In this document: positions 15,419 to 29,346 of the stretch, piece after piece
How positions within the stretch are numbered: the first letter of the stretch is position 1
How the letters are laid out: each line of letters opens with the position of its first letter
NCBI GenBank assembly: GCA_037379345.1
Contig: CM074520.1
Span: 8,804,001 to 8,868,000, forward strand
DNA: 64,000 bases
Direction of reading: 5' to 3'
From: Perna viridis
Lineage: Eukaryota
Notes under the pieces: model-generated
The model's database searches: none
What the model was told of the DNA's origin: nothing
The model's input: only the letters and a program-made list of their open reading frames with translations
Program-made: the position numbers and the translations under genes

Positions 15419-18049
15419 CCTTCTAGACATCTTACGGCACATTAGTAAAAACCACATGACCATGGCCATGTTTTAACAACAACAAAAAAAAATAAATAAT
15501 AATAATAAAATAAAATAATAATAAAATGAAATAAAAAAAATAGCTCATTGTTCTCTGATATGAATGGTAATATTTCCATTAAGCCCAATAATTAGAAGGT
15601 TCATCACGACAAGTATAGAGAAATGTGAAAACGAGATGGCAGGGAGGCAGGGAGGCAGGCAGAGAACACTAAGTTATCTATATGAACATTTCAAATTTAA
15701 CAAAACCGTCATTTTGTTCTTTTTCACATAATGGCGTTAAAAAGCTGCCAGAACTTGTACGAATTTGAGTAAGGTAAGTAATTATTGTAAGGAAATAATG
15801 GAAAAAAAATATTTTGAATAATTACAATACTTAAAATGCATATGTAATTTCAGACGCGTGCCATTCGCGTGAATAATACAAATTTACATCATTTTACAAC
15901 TAACAACTAAAGGTAATAAATGATTAAACCTACCGAAATTGATAACATTAAGGAAATTGGATTTCACAAACAAGCTATTTTAGCAATTTCATTTTTTAAT
16001 GGGCTATTGGAACTAAAGTATATTCAATTTGGTTGAAAGAAGATATGGAGAGAGTACCACGATAAAAAAACATTATCCATTTACATATAATTTTATTTCT
16101 TTAAGCCACGTGCCTCCTGTAAGTAAATTGAAAATTCCTTTGAATTTAATATTTATCTTTAAGTTCATATTCATCTCCACATTCAAGGGTTCACGACGTG
16201 TGGGTAAGTCATTAGAAAATGTATATATCACTTTTTAATAAGGACTGCTTAGACTTACATGGTGGCTGGTTCTTTATAATCGTTACCTGGTGATTTGATA
16301 AGTAAAATTGGTTTTTAGTCTGAACAGCAGACATATCAAATCAAAATACCATTTTAAATTCAAATATTACTTGTCTCAAGCTTAATATAGTAAATCTGAG
16401 TTATGCCTACAAGTTACTTTAATTACAAAGACAGGTGCGCATTTTCCTGATGTCTTTTGTGGTTTTATGTGTATTGGTATACGTGTTTACCTTAATTGCA
16501 ATACATGGTTGATGAAGAATACAAATAATAAGTATACTAAAAACCGACTCAAGTCACAAGATCGAAAACTAGATGAAATAGCTGTTATGTATGTAAGAGA
16601 GAGCGAGAGAGATGTATAAGAAATCGGCTATGAATGTTTTGAAACTCGATCATTCACAGATAAAGGATCCTTTATGACAAAGAATATGTAAAAATACCAT
16701 GTATTTTATACTAGTGTTATATAAAATATGAAGCCAATTTTGTTAACACCATGTACTGTTTGTGGCTGACATCACTAATGTGATAGCTCAAACAGTCCTT
16801 AATAACGAAATGAAGACAAACAAAACTTCAAATAAATACATCTCAGACTTGTGTAAAAAAAGAAAATAAAAGATCCTGGAACTTAATTGAAATATACAAA
16901 CAACAACATATGAAAAAAAAAAAAAACACAGGAAACTAAAACAAAATGATTTCTCAAAAACTGGGAGCACGCTAAACGGTATCGCAGGTAATAGTTTCCT
17001 TTACACTCGTCGAATTCCTCATGTCCAAAAGTATGCTGAAGAAAAATGTTTCGATTATGATAATTATGTCCAGGCATACAATATCAATGAATAAGATTGA
17101 AACCGAAACATTTTTGAAATGACGACTTTCGTCTTGAAGTGAAATAACCCTGCTACTTAGCTTGCATAAGAGGATTACGGCACGGAATGGAAACTCCATC
17201 AAGCAAACTGATTATGTGATTTATTTATTCAGTTGCATTTTAATGTTTTGGTTACGTAATTACCCAAACCAATTTTATGCAATTTCTGACATATCTTAAT
17301 AGAGAGGGCTATATACAGTCAATTTGTTCTACAAAATATACAAAAGACTAGTTTTGAGTAATAATCAGTTAAAACGGTCGAATATTTTTCAATATAGACG
17401 CTGTCTGCTTCCCATGTATAGCTTCTTATAATAAAATCTGTATTAACCAAGCTGTGTTCAAGAATCTCTATATAAAAGTAGTCTAACCCCCGTTTTAGTT
17501 ATTTTTTTTTCTATTTATGTGGCTTTTAAGCTCTACAAAACCATTTTTTTAAATTTATATGAATTATGTAAGTTATTAAAGGTTAAATTTGTAGACTTAT
17601 ACAAATTTCTTGAATAGTTCTAAGTATTTAATCCGACTGGTAACGTCTGTATATCACATTCGTATGACTTATACTTTCTAATGAATGAGCATTCGATATT
17701 TGAGGAATCCATTTTCATACGATTAAGCAATTTTGTCGCAGACACCCTTCTCTTAGTTGATTGAACACATAAACATGGTGGTTTAGACGCTTTTACATAT
17801 GGGAATAGTGTTTGCATTGCAGATGACTTCTTTACTAGAATGACACACGGCCATGTCTGAAGAGCGTGGGAGTCTGAGTATACTATATCATGGAAAGAGT
17901 GGTCATTCCGGTCAACTGCAGCATAAAAGTGCAGGCTACTTCACATTTTAACGGAAAATTACTTTGTCTTATTTATAAGGAGCATATTAAAATCTTTAAA
18001 CTCTTTTTGAAAATATATGGAAAGGTGGGGAAAATATAAATTACTATAT

Positions 18050-18300
18050 AAAAATAGTAGATGTGGTATAGATGCCAATGAGATAGTCATCCACCAAATA
18101 CCAAGCAACGAACTATTCAAGTTCTAAAGGCCCCAAAACAGATGATGAGAAACTATTCATAAAAGACGAAAAGTGACCTACTCTATACAAAAAAAATATA
18201 AAAATAAAACGAAAAGCAAAAAACATGAAAAAAAACAACAATGACTGGACTACAGGTTCTTGGGACAGTATGTGGTGAGGCTAAACGTGTTTTGAGCGCT
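18050..18300 (+). repeat. Degenerate copy of an abundant mytilid-type interspersed repeat
   Basis: agatgtggtatagatgccaatgagat... resembles, from memory, a common Mytilus interspersed repeat. Other familiar-looking fragments lie at ~60260-60700 and ~61460-61545. Not verified by search. Confidence 0.45.
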
Positions 18301-18356
18301 CATTACAGTTTTCTTATACTGAGAATCAAATAAATCATGTAAAATAAATTCAGAAA

Positions 18357-18760
18357 TTAAGTAGCTGTCTTTGTAAGAATCATGCAAAATCTGAAAAATG
18401 TGATACACCCAAAAAAAGGCTACATATTTTTATTTTTGTAATTAAGTTGTTTTATGGGTCTATACCATGAAATATGTAATTATTCATTCAAATTTGCTTG
18501 CTCTGTGGAGATAATCAACATTGAAAATCCAATAGATTCTATTGTATTTGAGTGTCATTTACAGAGTTATCGCCCTTTATTTTGAAATTTACAGTGCTTT
18601 CTATATAATTTTTATCTCTTATGAACACGGGTTATATGAAAAACTGAATGTTAATTTCTGTTTACTATGGCAATTCAAACAAAATATCAAAAACAAAAAT
18701 ATGTAGGCTTTTTACCCATGAATCACATTTTGCATGATTCTTAGCTGGAGTGCTACTTAT
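18357..18760 (+). mobile_element. TTAA-flanked MITE (Kolobok-like), copy A
   Basis: ttaa|gtagc...gctac|ttat ends, subterminal IR taagaatcatgcaaaat/attttgcatgattctta, and an inverted homologue at 22503-22893. Confidence 0.75.
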
Positions 18761-19759
18761 TATCTCATTAGGGTTTCTTCTTTACTGCTACCATTAAAAT
18801 ATAAATTGGTATTAACAGCGACCAGAAAGTATATACGGATCCCACGTATCTTTTATGGCTATTATCCATTGATGACCTCTGACAAACCCAACGAGTGAAC
18901 TAAAAACATAGTTAACATATTTAAATTGATGGTATATTGTATCAAAGTCTATGAGATGGTTAAAACTGTGAAGTCTTTACTATCAATTATTTTGACTATT
19001 GTTCCAACGAACAAACGACATTACATGAACCTTTATTTGTGAATATCTGTTTTCATACAATTATGATGCGCGATGGTGCAACAAAAACCTGTTTATTTCT
19101 CTTTCTGGAGCAGAACTTTGTGACTTCAATAATAATGAACTTGTCTACCCACGGACTCAAAATTAAGGATAGGAATATCTCTCATTTTATAGTTTTTCCT
19201 TTTTTTACCACTTAACATGAATTAAGATTGAACAGACACTTGTCCTATCGGACATTTCTTCTGTTTCTATTTATTGTTCTCTGTTTTCACTTCAAGTGGC
19301 TAAATATAATTATCAGAAATTTTAATCTTTTCTCTGTTTTATCGAATTTATCTTCGATTTTGTATTCAATAGTTAAAAATATTCTAACTTTAGTTTCCCT
19401 TCATATGAGACTATATACCAGTGTGTCATAAAAGCATGACTATAGACTAACTATATGGACTCGTTGATCGTATGCCATGGCGTCAGTTTTAGCTTTTTGT
19501 TCATGATACAAACATTGACAAAAAACGCTCTTGGTAATGAATCGTACGCAAGAGACCAAAAGACAAACTTTTACATTGTAATTATTCTATATAAAGATCG
19601 ACGATGCTGCAGATGGAATTATTGTTCGACATTTAAAGAATCAGGAATTTCCAGCAAGATGTTGAGTAATATTATGTTATGTAATCAAGCCTTTAAGACA
19701 TGTATAAGACTGTTTTATTGCTGCTATTGCCATCAATGTCTATCTTTCATTTGATTTGT

Positions 19760-20010
19760 TGTCATTTCGGAGCTGAACTTGGAAATGTGCTTTCTTTCAT
19801 GTCATGTCTTGTTGTATAATTGATGTTTTGTCAAACAGTTCGTAATATTGTTCATATAATTTGTTTCAGGAATTCTGTCTTTATTGATGGTTTATAATTT
19901 AGATCGTCTTTCCTTTCATCTAGACTGCCTTTTTACGCCCCCCGGGTTCTCCAATGTAGTCAGGGCAATTCATTTTTATTATCGTTTTACATATGACAAT
20001 ATTTATTACC
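19760..20010 (-). mobile_element. Possible highly decayed GIY-YIG endonuclease (Penelope-like element) relic
   Basis: Minus-strand translation VINIVICKT...NCPDYIGEPG...R*KERRSK resembles VIY.I.C..C..YIGETG...R..EH. It contains stops. Confidence 0.3.
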
Positions 20011-22502
20011 TTAAACAAACAAGGGCAAAAGTTTTGCCATGATTGAAATATTTGATACGTGCTAAAGACAAACCTTAAAAAAAACACGGCACATAGACAA
20101 AAATGATTCTTTTTTTTTAAAAAATAGAAATAGCGATCATCAAACGATCGAATCTTGCATAAAATATTCGTACAATGCCTTGAACTTATTTGTTATGTAA
20201 TGTAATAAACTTGAACGATTGCAGGGGGTAGAATCATTCAATACCACAATATTGGATCAAATCGATGATATTGCGACATTTTAATCCTATAACAAGAATA
20301 TAAGATAAAGGCCTTGAAATCAGCAGGTGTTCTACAGACTATCCTTTGTACTGAAAAGTTCTAACTTTTTCCACAACACCTGACTGTTTGTTTCATACTT
20401 CATTCAATAGTTTTTAGAAAAGGTCTAAGTTCCATAAACATCCGATTCATATGTCTGAATATTCCATTCATAGAGGGCGTACGCCTCAATCATCGACTTG
20501 ACACATTTTGACATCAACGTCAGTTAATAGTCAAATATGCTGTTATGTGGTTATAATCACGCGCGCTTTGGTCAGCAGTTTCGAGTTAAGGGTATTGCAC
20601 TTTAAAGTAGGCTATGCTTTGGACTAGATGTGGGAAAAACAATCAAATCTGTAGCGAAATTGAGGAAAATTCTTCAAACACCCGTTGAATTGCTTTTTTT
20701 GGTCATATCCAATGACCTACGAAAGAATGAAGAGAGAAGCAAAAGCATTCACTGAGGAATGGAAACACCATATCGATCGATCGGCAAGTCCAAGAGTATT
20801 TGAATCATAAAATAGGTGAAGAAATATGTTTTAATATTATAACCACTTTCCACATGGTTTAAGTAGGTTTTCTCGCGATTGAAACGAGAGTATATATTGA
20901 TCAAAGTCTTCGTATTTTCATATTATTTTCGTTCCTCTTGAACAATCACAATGTGTAGGCAGGCAAAAAGTTGGCTAGCGAGGGTGTTTCTAAATGAAAA
21001 ACTGAGATAGTGTTAAGAAAAATCCGGTTAGCTTTCCGTGGGTGCATGAACAAAAGTGCTGAAATGTGCAAATTCCTGTTTTGGCTTGTTATGCTAATCC
21101 GTTTGCATTTGAGGTTAACCGCAGAACCTACGCTTATTATAAGAGCAAATATAATTTTAGTTTGTTTGCTTTTGAAAATGAAACGCAGAAGATGTTTATA
21201 TGAGTATTTGGCAAAACAAGAGTCAATGATCAAAAGTTAAAACATTTTTTGATGTGAGAGATTAGCAGTAGTGCTTCCAAACATATTGCGAAACACATAA
21301 TACACATACGAAGAGGGACTAACGCATTGGGGTGTGAAGTGTACAATATTTTGATTAGACAATATAGTGCTAGGTAAAACTGGGAAATACAGAATCAAAC
21401 ATCAATGTGCAGGCACAACACGTGTACTTAAAATGAAGTTTATACAATCTCCCATTAATTGAACTAACAATTTCGACTTAAAGATTGAAATGTTTAACAA
21501 CTGTCCTTATAACCAGTTTCTTGTAAGGGCTGATACTTTAAATTATTTAACTGTTGATCAAAAAATGTTAGTGGCCCGTTCCACCTATCAGGTTTTCTCT
21601 ATTGACAGAATCCTCAGAAGCTATGATTATTTTACCCTTCACAATCGGTACAAATACTTGTGGTTGGGACTCCTCGGAGATAAACTTCTTGTAAATTCAC
21701 TTTATTATACATTTTATCTACACTCAAAAAGTTGAAAATAAAGGCCATACAATGAAAAATTGAGAATCAAAATTAATCTGAGGTTCTCTTTGGTTCATTA
21801 TTGTGCGTCCTTGATTGTGAGATCATATTTGTCACCTGTTATAAAGTTTGTCAAAATAAAACTAAAAGCAACAATGATCCTGGGACTACCATGAAAAAAA
21901 AAACAGTCATGTAGTGTTCCGAATGTACATGGTAGTAATTTATATGTTTTTGTCAGTTTAAAATTTTAGATATCTCGTTTGTATGTTATATTGTACACGG
22001 TGTACTCATGGTGCTTATTCTATACCAATTAGTTACGTTAAAATTAATTTGCTATGTTTCTATAAATATTTCAGTGAAAAAAAGTTAAAAGCAAAACGAG
22101 AGATAGAGTAGACACTGACATACACAAATACTAGGATAAAAACATGGAATCTAAAAATTTTGGAGACAAGAAGCCCTCTAAAATCAAGTACCTGGCGGAA
22201 TAGGAATCCCATGGAAAACACCAACCTAGTTACAGCTATTTATATAAGTACACTTAAACTGCCTGACGTAAGTTTCGCACAAAAAGTTTTAGAAACATAG
22301 CAAAATACGTACCTTTATATTATAAGTATTGTCATAGAGTATTTTACTAGTATTTATAAAAAAATCACACCACTGATTCATACAAAGAATACAAAAACTC
22401 GTACAAATTCAGTATTAATATAAACACGCAAAGCAAACTAACAACTACCCCCCTTAATTAAAGTAATTGTCTGTTTCTACTGTTAAACACGAGTGAGTGC
22501 GG

Positions 22503-22893
22503 TTAAGAAGCACTCCACATAAGAATCATGCAAAATGTAATTCATGTTTGGAAAGCCGACACATTTTTATTTTTGATATCATAGTAAACAGAAAGTAACA
22601 TGTGTTTTTTTTATAAACCCATGTTCGTAGGAGATAAAAATTATATATGATGCACTGTACATTTCAAAATAAGGGAGATAACTCTGTAAATGACACTCAA
22701 TTACAAAAGTAATCTATTGGATTTTCAATATTGATAATCGCCTAAGAGCAGACAGAAATAAATGAATAATTACATATTTCACAATACAGACCCATAAAAC
22801 AACTTAATTACAAAAATAAAAAATATGTAGCCTTTTTGGGGGTGTATCACATTTTTCAGTTTTTGCATGATTCTTACAAAGACATCAACTTAA
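22503..22893 (-). mobile_element. TTAA-flanked MITE (Kolobok-like), copy B
   Basis: Reverse-complement copy of 18357-18760 with TTAA at both ends. Confidence 0.75.
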
Positions 22894-23585
22894 GTGATGA
22901 CTATGGGTATTTTGGTTAATTTGTTATGTACCTCGGAAATTGATCTTAAATATACTTATTTTACAAGCTGCATGTATGTGGTAAGCTATTTACCAAGTAA
23001 AGTAAAATAAGAAGTACTTGGAATAAGCGTAAATATTTACAAAACAAAACGAGCCAGACTGAATAATGAATATAGTCCTTGAAAAAGTCTTCGAGCGGAT
23101 GAAGTACATCATAAAAATCACATCTCAACACCTAAATCAAAGGAAATCTAATTAAAATATTCAAAGGTTTTTTTTCAATAAAACACATAAAACTATTATT
23201 AGATAAGGAATTTTTATTACTACCTAGAAAATGAAAAATTAGTACCGAAACTAAACTGAAAGTGTATCCAGGATAGCGTTTTTTCCGCCACATCGCCATA
23301 GGAAATACGTCATATAAACGCACGTGATATCAATTATTTAATAACTGTCCAACATGGCAGTATTGTCTAAGTTTTGGTTTACATAAGTTGATGTTTTCTT
23401 TTGTATTTTCCTTGCAATTTTTCTTTGCCTCTTGACTTTAGATATTCTTCTCAACAATGTCTCTCCTTAATTATTTCTGGTATTGCGTGTTTTTTGCTAT
23501 ATATATACAACGTCTCAGAATGTGACGACTCTATTTGCTACACTGCTCCATCGGATCAAATTGATACAGGGAATATATATAAATG

Positions 23586-23714
23586 TATAGAAAGGTCTGA
23601 AAAATTCCCAACGATGTTTGACTGTCACAGCAGTACGAGTTCGAGTCCCGCGGAGGGAACGACCAAAAATTTGACAGTTCTAACATTGTTGGGAATTTTT
23701 CAGACCTTTCTATA
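23586..23714. repeat. Inverted repeat (~42-bp arms) enclosing a tRNA B-box-like motif, embedded in (TA)n
   Basis: Arms tatagaaaggtctgaaaaattcccaacgatgtttgactgtca / tgacagttctaacattgttgggaatttttcagacctttctata; the loop contains GTTCGAGTCCC. Confidence 0.8.
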
Positions 23715-25200
23715 TATATATATATATATATACCATAGGACTATCATATATTTTGAAATTAAGACAAGTTGTAATCTTAGTATGAGTACAATGTATCATA
23801 CACGATTGCTGATTGATAATTTTATGCATATCTACAGACGAGAAAAACGATGATAGGGATCTTGACCTTTGAACCCGAAACTCTCGTGTTAAAATCTTGT
23901 CAGTATTAACATTGTTCTAAGTTGAGGAGGTAGAATTTTAGGTCAAATTAAATATGTTCTGTATATTGCATTATTTGAATAAGTATAAAGGGGCTTTTGA
24001 CGAGTAAAAAGACACTTTCTCATGACTTTATAACTTGGAAATAAATGGGTGGACTATGTTTTACAGAACAATTTTTGTTCACCGTAGCCTGTGGGTGTGA
24101 CGAGTGCGGACACCCATGTCGATGGTATGGGCATTTAACAATTTCGTAAATGGATTCTGTCGATTTTCCATAATGAATTGTGTATTTCAATTGGGTAAAA
24201 TAGTGAAATAAACACTACATACGATAATGGGGTATCGGGTATCAAAGAAACTACCTGATATTACAATCAGCATGCACTCTCAGAGGATAATTGGTCTGCT
24301 ATTATATACGGTTTTGTTCGTGTCCAACACAGATTATTGAGTGAGAACTTTTTTTAGTCAGCATTGATGTAGTGTCTCCTAAATTCATTTAAAAGAATTT
24401 GGTGAAATTTCTATTCAGTCCTCTGTAATAAATACATCAAGCTAAATCCATCTTAACCGTTTGTATCGAAATTCTAGTTTGATATTACAACTAAATCAAT
24501 AAAAGTCGGTGAAAACAATTATTACATGTAAAATAAATTTTGAAGCTACATGTAGTTATTAATAAGTAGTTAGTTTATGAATTGAACAGAAAAGATAGAA
24601 TTCATATCGTGATAATATAAAACCTGTCTTTACAATATGGTAAAGAACATTATTTTAACATTCCCTTCTATAAATTACTAATTAGGAATTGTTACGGTCT
24701 GAGTCATTCAGCATTGCTTCATCTAGTGTTTCTGTTAACACCATTCAGGAAAAAGACCTTGGAAAAAAATCTTTTTGTATTTCATACCTGCAGTTCTGTG
24801 TTTTCTTTGAAAATTTACACGATTTATTTATATATTATAAATTCCGGGTCTTTTAAACATGCGTTTATACGTATATATAAAATTGTAGTCGAAAATACAA
24901 AAATAAATAGGAAATACCCTAATTTATACTGCAACTGTCAAAATGCATTGACCGTATATTTACAAGTGATCTAAGGTCACTGATCGGATGTAACTTTCTA
25001 TTGTGAGGTCAACGTGTTACCAGAATGTCGTCCTCTTCGAATAATAAACGTTGTTTTTCTTGCTTGAAACACACTTTTCCTTCAAACTTGTATTTTGTAT
25101 TGCAGTGTTGAAACAATAAATGTGCACTGACTTGAAAAAAAACTTTGATATACCCGGTGAAAATGCTCGGCACAGCCTTGCATTTTCCCGCGTTTCTAAG

Positions 25201-25708
25201 ATTGATTGATTGATTGTTGGGGTTTAACGTCTTTGCAGCAATATTTCAGCTATATTCAGACGATGAACATGAAATGGATGATAGAATGAACATGAAATGA
25301 TGATGAAATGAAAAAAAGGATAATAGAGTCGACAAATTTTGATTGCCACTAGGAAAAGGGAGGGATGGGTAAGGTCGGGCAATTTAGCTTCCTGTGGCGT
25401 AGCGCAAAGATTCCTACTCCTATCGAATACCACAACAGGGTTCTTTAACGTGCGAGGAACGTGACGTCTTTCCCAAAACGGTGCACAACTATGGTTTGCG
25501 GTCAGGTTTTCCGTATTATAGCCTGACAACCCCAGCATGTAACATGCCATGGGTACCCCATTCCACCACCTAGGGCACACATCCCAGTTGCTCTGTGGGC
25601 AGAGCGCCTAGCCCCGGGCTAGGTTTCTAAGCACTATTTCGTCGCCTTTTACGACAAGCTTAGCGCTGCTGAAATCCTATTCTTTTAACACTCGGACCTG
25701 CACAGGGC
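25201..25708 (-). mobile_element. Non-autonomous non-LTR retroposon (SINE-like), copy 1
   Basis: 14-bp TSD CCCGCGTTTCTAAG (25187-25200 / 25709-25722), an (AATC)n tail after GCTGAAATATTGC...CGTTAAACCCCAAC, and end-to-end similarity to 56999-57521. Confidence 0.9.
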
Positions 25709-25771
25709 CCCGCGTTTCTAAGCCTCTTCCGTATATCAGTTTAATGTCAAGTTATTGCACTGTTATTGGCT

Positions 25772-27245
25772 ATTTGTGCACCAGTGTAATGATTTTCTGA
25801 TTATAATCATGCTAACTATATTTTGTGCACCAGTGGAAGGATTTTCTGACTGTAAAAATGGTAGTTATTTTTGTTGACCAGCATAAGAATTTCCAATTGT
25901 TATCATGATAACTATTTATGTGCACCAGTGTAAGTATATTGCTGACTTTTATCATGGTGATTTAATGTCAAGCCCAATTGCAACGATTTTCTGACTGTAA
26001 CCATAATCATTATTTTTGTGCATTAGTGTAAGGATTTTCTGACTGTTATCATGATAACTATTTTTGTGCACCAGTGGAAGGATTTGATTCTACTCTTATT
26101 ACAGTAATGATATTCTGTGCAAAAGTGTAACGCATTACCGATTGTTAAAAGAAAAAATGTTTTTTTTTTTGTGCACCAGTGTAAGGACTTTCTGACTGTA
26201 ATCATGGTAATTATATTTTGTGCAATAGTGTAAGCATTGTATGATTGTTATCATGGTAATTATATTTTGTCCACTATTGTAAGGATTTTCTGACTGTTAT
26301 TATAGTAATAATATTTTTTGCACCAGTATAATTATTATCTGACAGTAAACATAGTAATTACTTTTGTGCACCAAAATAAGTATTTTCCGACTGTTATCAA
26401 AATAACTACTTTTGTTCACTAGTGTAAGTATTTGCTGATAAAATATTTTATTTCGCGTGCCAGTGTAAGGATTTTCTGACTGTGACCATGGTCGTAATTT
26501 GTTGTGGGTCAGTGTAAGGATTTTTTTTATATTTGTATCATGGTAATTATATTTTGTGCACCAGTGTAAGGATTTGTCAAATGTTATGATTGCAACTATT
26601 TTTGTGTACCTGTGCAAGTAATTTCTGACTGCAATTATAGAAATTTTTATTTTGTGCACCAGTATAAGGATTTTTACTGTAATATTGGTAGTTATCTTAG
26701 TGCACCTGTGTAAGGATTAGCCGACTGTAATCATGGTGATCGTATTTTTTGCATCAATATAAGAATGTTTTGCACCAGTGTAAGTCATTATTTTTTGTGC
26801 GCGAGTGCAATACTTCTCTGACTGTTATCATGGTAATTATGTATTTTGTATACCAGTGTGAGGATTCTCTGTATGTTATCATGTTAATTATACATTTTGT
26901 GTACCAGTGTGAGGATTCTCTGACTGTTATCATTGTAATGATATATTTTGTGTATCAGTGCGAGGATTTTCTGACTGTTATCATGGTAATTATATATTTT
27001 TGTACCAGTGTGAGGATTTTCTGACTGTAATTATGGTAATCATTTTTTGTCCACTGGTGTAAGTGTTTGCTGATTGTTATTATAATTATTATATATTGTG
27101 CACCAGTGTTATTATTTTCTGACTGTTATCATGGTAATTATATATTGTGCACCAGTGTTATTATTTTCTGACTGTTATCATGGTAATTATATTAGTGCAC
27201 CAGTGTACATGTAAGTATATGCTGACTGTTATAATGGTTATTATA
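25772..27245. repeat. ~48-bp degenerate minisatellite, ~30 copies
   Basis: Consensus ttttgtgcaccagtgtaaggattttctgactgttatcatggtaattata. Confidence 0.95.
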
Positions 27246-29346
27246 TTTACTTATCTGATATTAGAAAATCTTGAGTAAAATGCATGTACAATCTTATCTG
27301 TAATCTATATGTTATGGCTCATATTTAGTTATCAAATCTAAAAAAAATGACAAAGTGATATAAAGCATTCGTGATAACTCTTATTATTTCAATTATAAAT
27401 GACATGTAACAGTGATTAAACATATCTCTACCAGGTAGGTGTATGTATCTTAATTTCATGAATGAAATAGTTCACCATGAAAAATATAATGATGATAAAA
27501 TCAAGATCACCTTCACATTTCTTTTGATTGTATTTATTCAATTGACTGAAAATGAACTTCAAATGGAGAGATCGTGCCGTCTTATCAACTTTCTCTTGAA
27601 AATTACAAGGACCTTCGCTAGCGTGATATGATCAAAATATGCGCAACATGACAATGTCTATATATGATTACATTTAATGTTAAAAGTCAGTAATTAAAGC
27701 ATTTTAGAAATAGTCCGAATATCTGTCACTCATGCGATGTAGAAACTAAAATAAGTCTGACTCTATATGACATACCAGGGATCCTTCACGGCTTACTCCT
27801 TTAAATTGTGAAACTAAACATTCAGATATATGAATCATTCGCTAGATGACAATATGATGAAATGTCTTTGGTAAGAACAACGCGGAGAAAAAAAAATATA
27901 GTAATATAATTCAGAAACCGGAAGTCTTGAACATAACAACGACAAAATTGAATTCGGTTCATATTTTTTTTAACAGATAAAGGTTTCAGAACATCTGATG
28001 GTACTTGTCATTAGATTTCGGACATCCGGTTCTAATCTCGGTATCACATGCAAACTTTAACTCTATTGACTATAAGATATTTAAACGGAGCAGAATGGTT
28101 CAAGAAACATTAAAATATAAAGACTTAATTGTGAACAAAGTACTCACTGTTTATCAAAGTACTCACTGTTTATCAAAAGCGGCTTAAAAATGTTTTTCGA
28201 GAAAGTTGTTTTTGCGCTAGAAGATAAGTTAACGTGACCGCGATGACATACGTTAGACCTATTAATTCACCATACTTTGAAGAGATGTACATAAAATTGT
28301 TTACCTATTGAATTGATATAAAGAAGCCGTCTTGGAGCACCGGTGACTACTCAAATTGAGAACTATCTTAATTGTATACTCTGTCAATTACCTCTTCAGA
28401 ATTGTATAATGTACTTAGATGAAAGTTTTGTTATATATCGTTGAACATCTTCACAACTTGGCGAGTCTTATATCTGGAGTAAAGGTCAAGAGAAGGTCAC
28501 GGTCTATTCCTTTCTATAGTATGACTTATATTAAAGCATCTGAAGAACATCGTTTAAATTTAACATTTAAATTGAACGTTAGATTCAGAATACATTACCA
28601 TTCTTTAACCCGTCTAACCCCTATTTTTACAATAGAAAGAAACGGACCGGAGACACAGTGGTCTTTGTAATTACTACATACTATAATGATAGGGTATATA
28701 CGTATTATAAAGAAAATGTATATCGTTCCTCTACGAGACCTTTTGATGTTAGAAACTCAACACCAAAGATACATCTACTATGTGGTGTAGTAATTTTACC
28801 TGAGTAAGGTTCATAGCAGGTCAAAAAAAGACAATTAGTGGGAAAGGTTAGACCAACCCGGGATCCAGCTGTTTTGTTAAAATGCTACAACCGAGATAAA
28901 TGTCTATCTGTAATGATTATATTCATTTTCCCCCACGTTAGTACACCGTGAGGTCACTAGTTCATTGTACGTTGGTCAGTGCAATAGTACAATTATTCGG
29001 CATAGAACATGGATGCCAACACGGTGAAATGTATAATATGAAAAATTCATTTTATGACGAGTTTAAATATGACTAGGATAGTAACGAGTGCCGTATATAC
29101 ATACAACACTAACTATACCATTGAAATAAAAATATGTAGTACGTAAATATTTCTACCATGGACAGTAGTTCAGTGTTACATTTTGCAGACGGTTCATTTA
29201 AAAAAAAATCTTACTACATTTGTATAGAATTGAGTAACAATATCATTACAAATGACGATTACTATAGATGAGCTAAACAAAAAGGTAAATCAGCAAAAAA
29301 TCGTTTTGATAAAGTTGTAAACAATGATAACAACATGTAGAGTCAC

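Noticed and set aside
23401-23853. 150-aa ORF, and a possible tRNA at 23630-23660
   Set aside because: The ORF runs through a hairpin and (TA)n. Only a B-box fragment is present, with no cloverleaf.
25224-25580. 118-aa ORF, with related ORFs at 57124-57473
   Set aside because: It lies inside the SINE-like element, the reading frame is not conserved between the two copies, and there is no ATG start or domain motif.
25632-25665. Stem followed by GAAA (GTCG...CGAC-GAAA on the minus strand), hammerhead-like
   Set aside because: No CUGANGA core upstream, and copy 2 has TAAA at this position.
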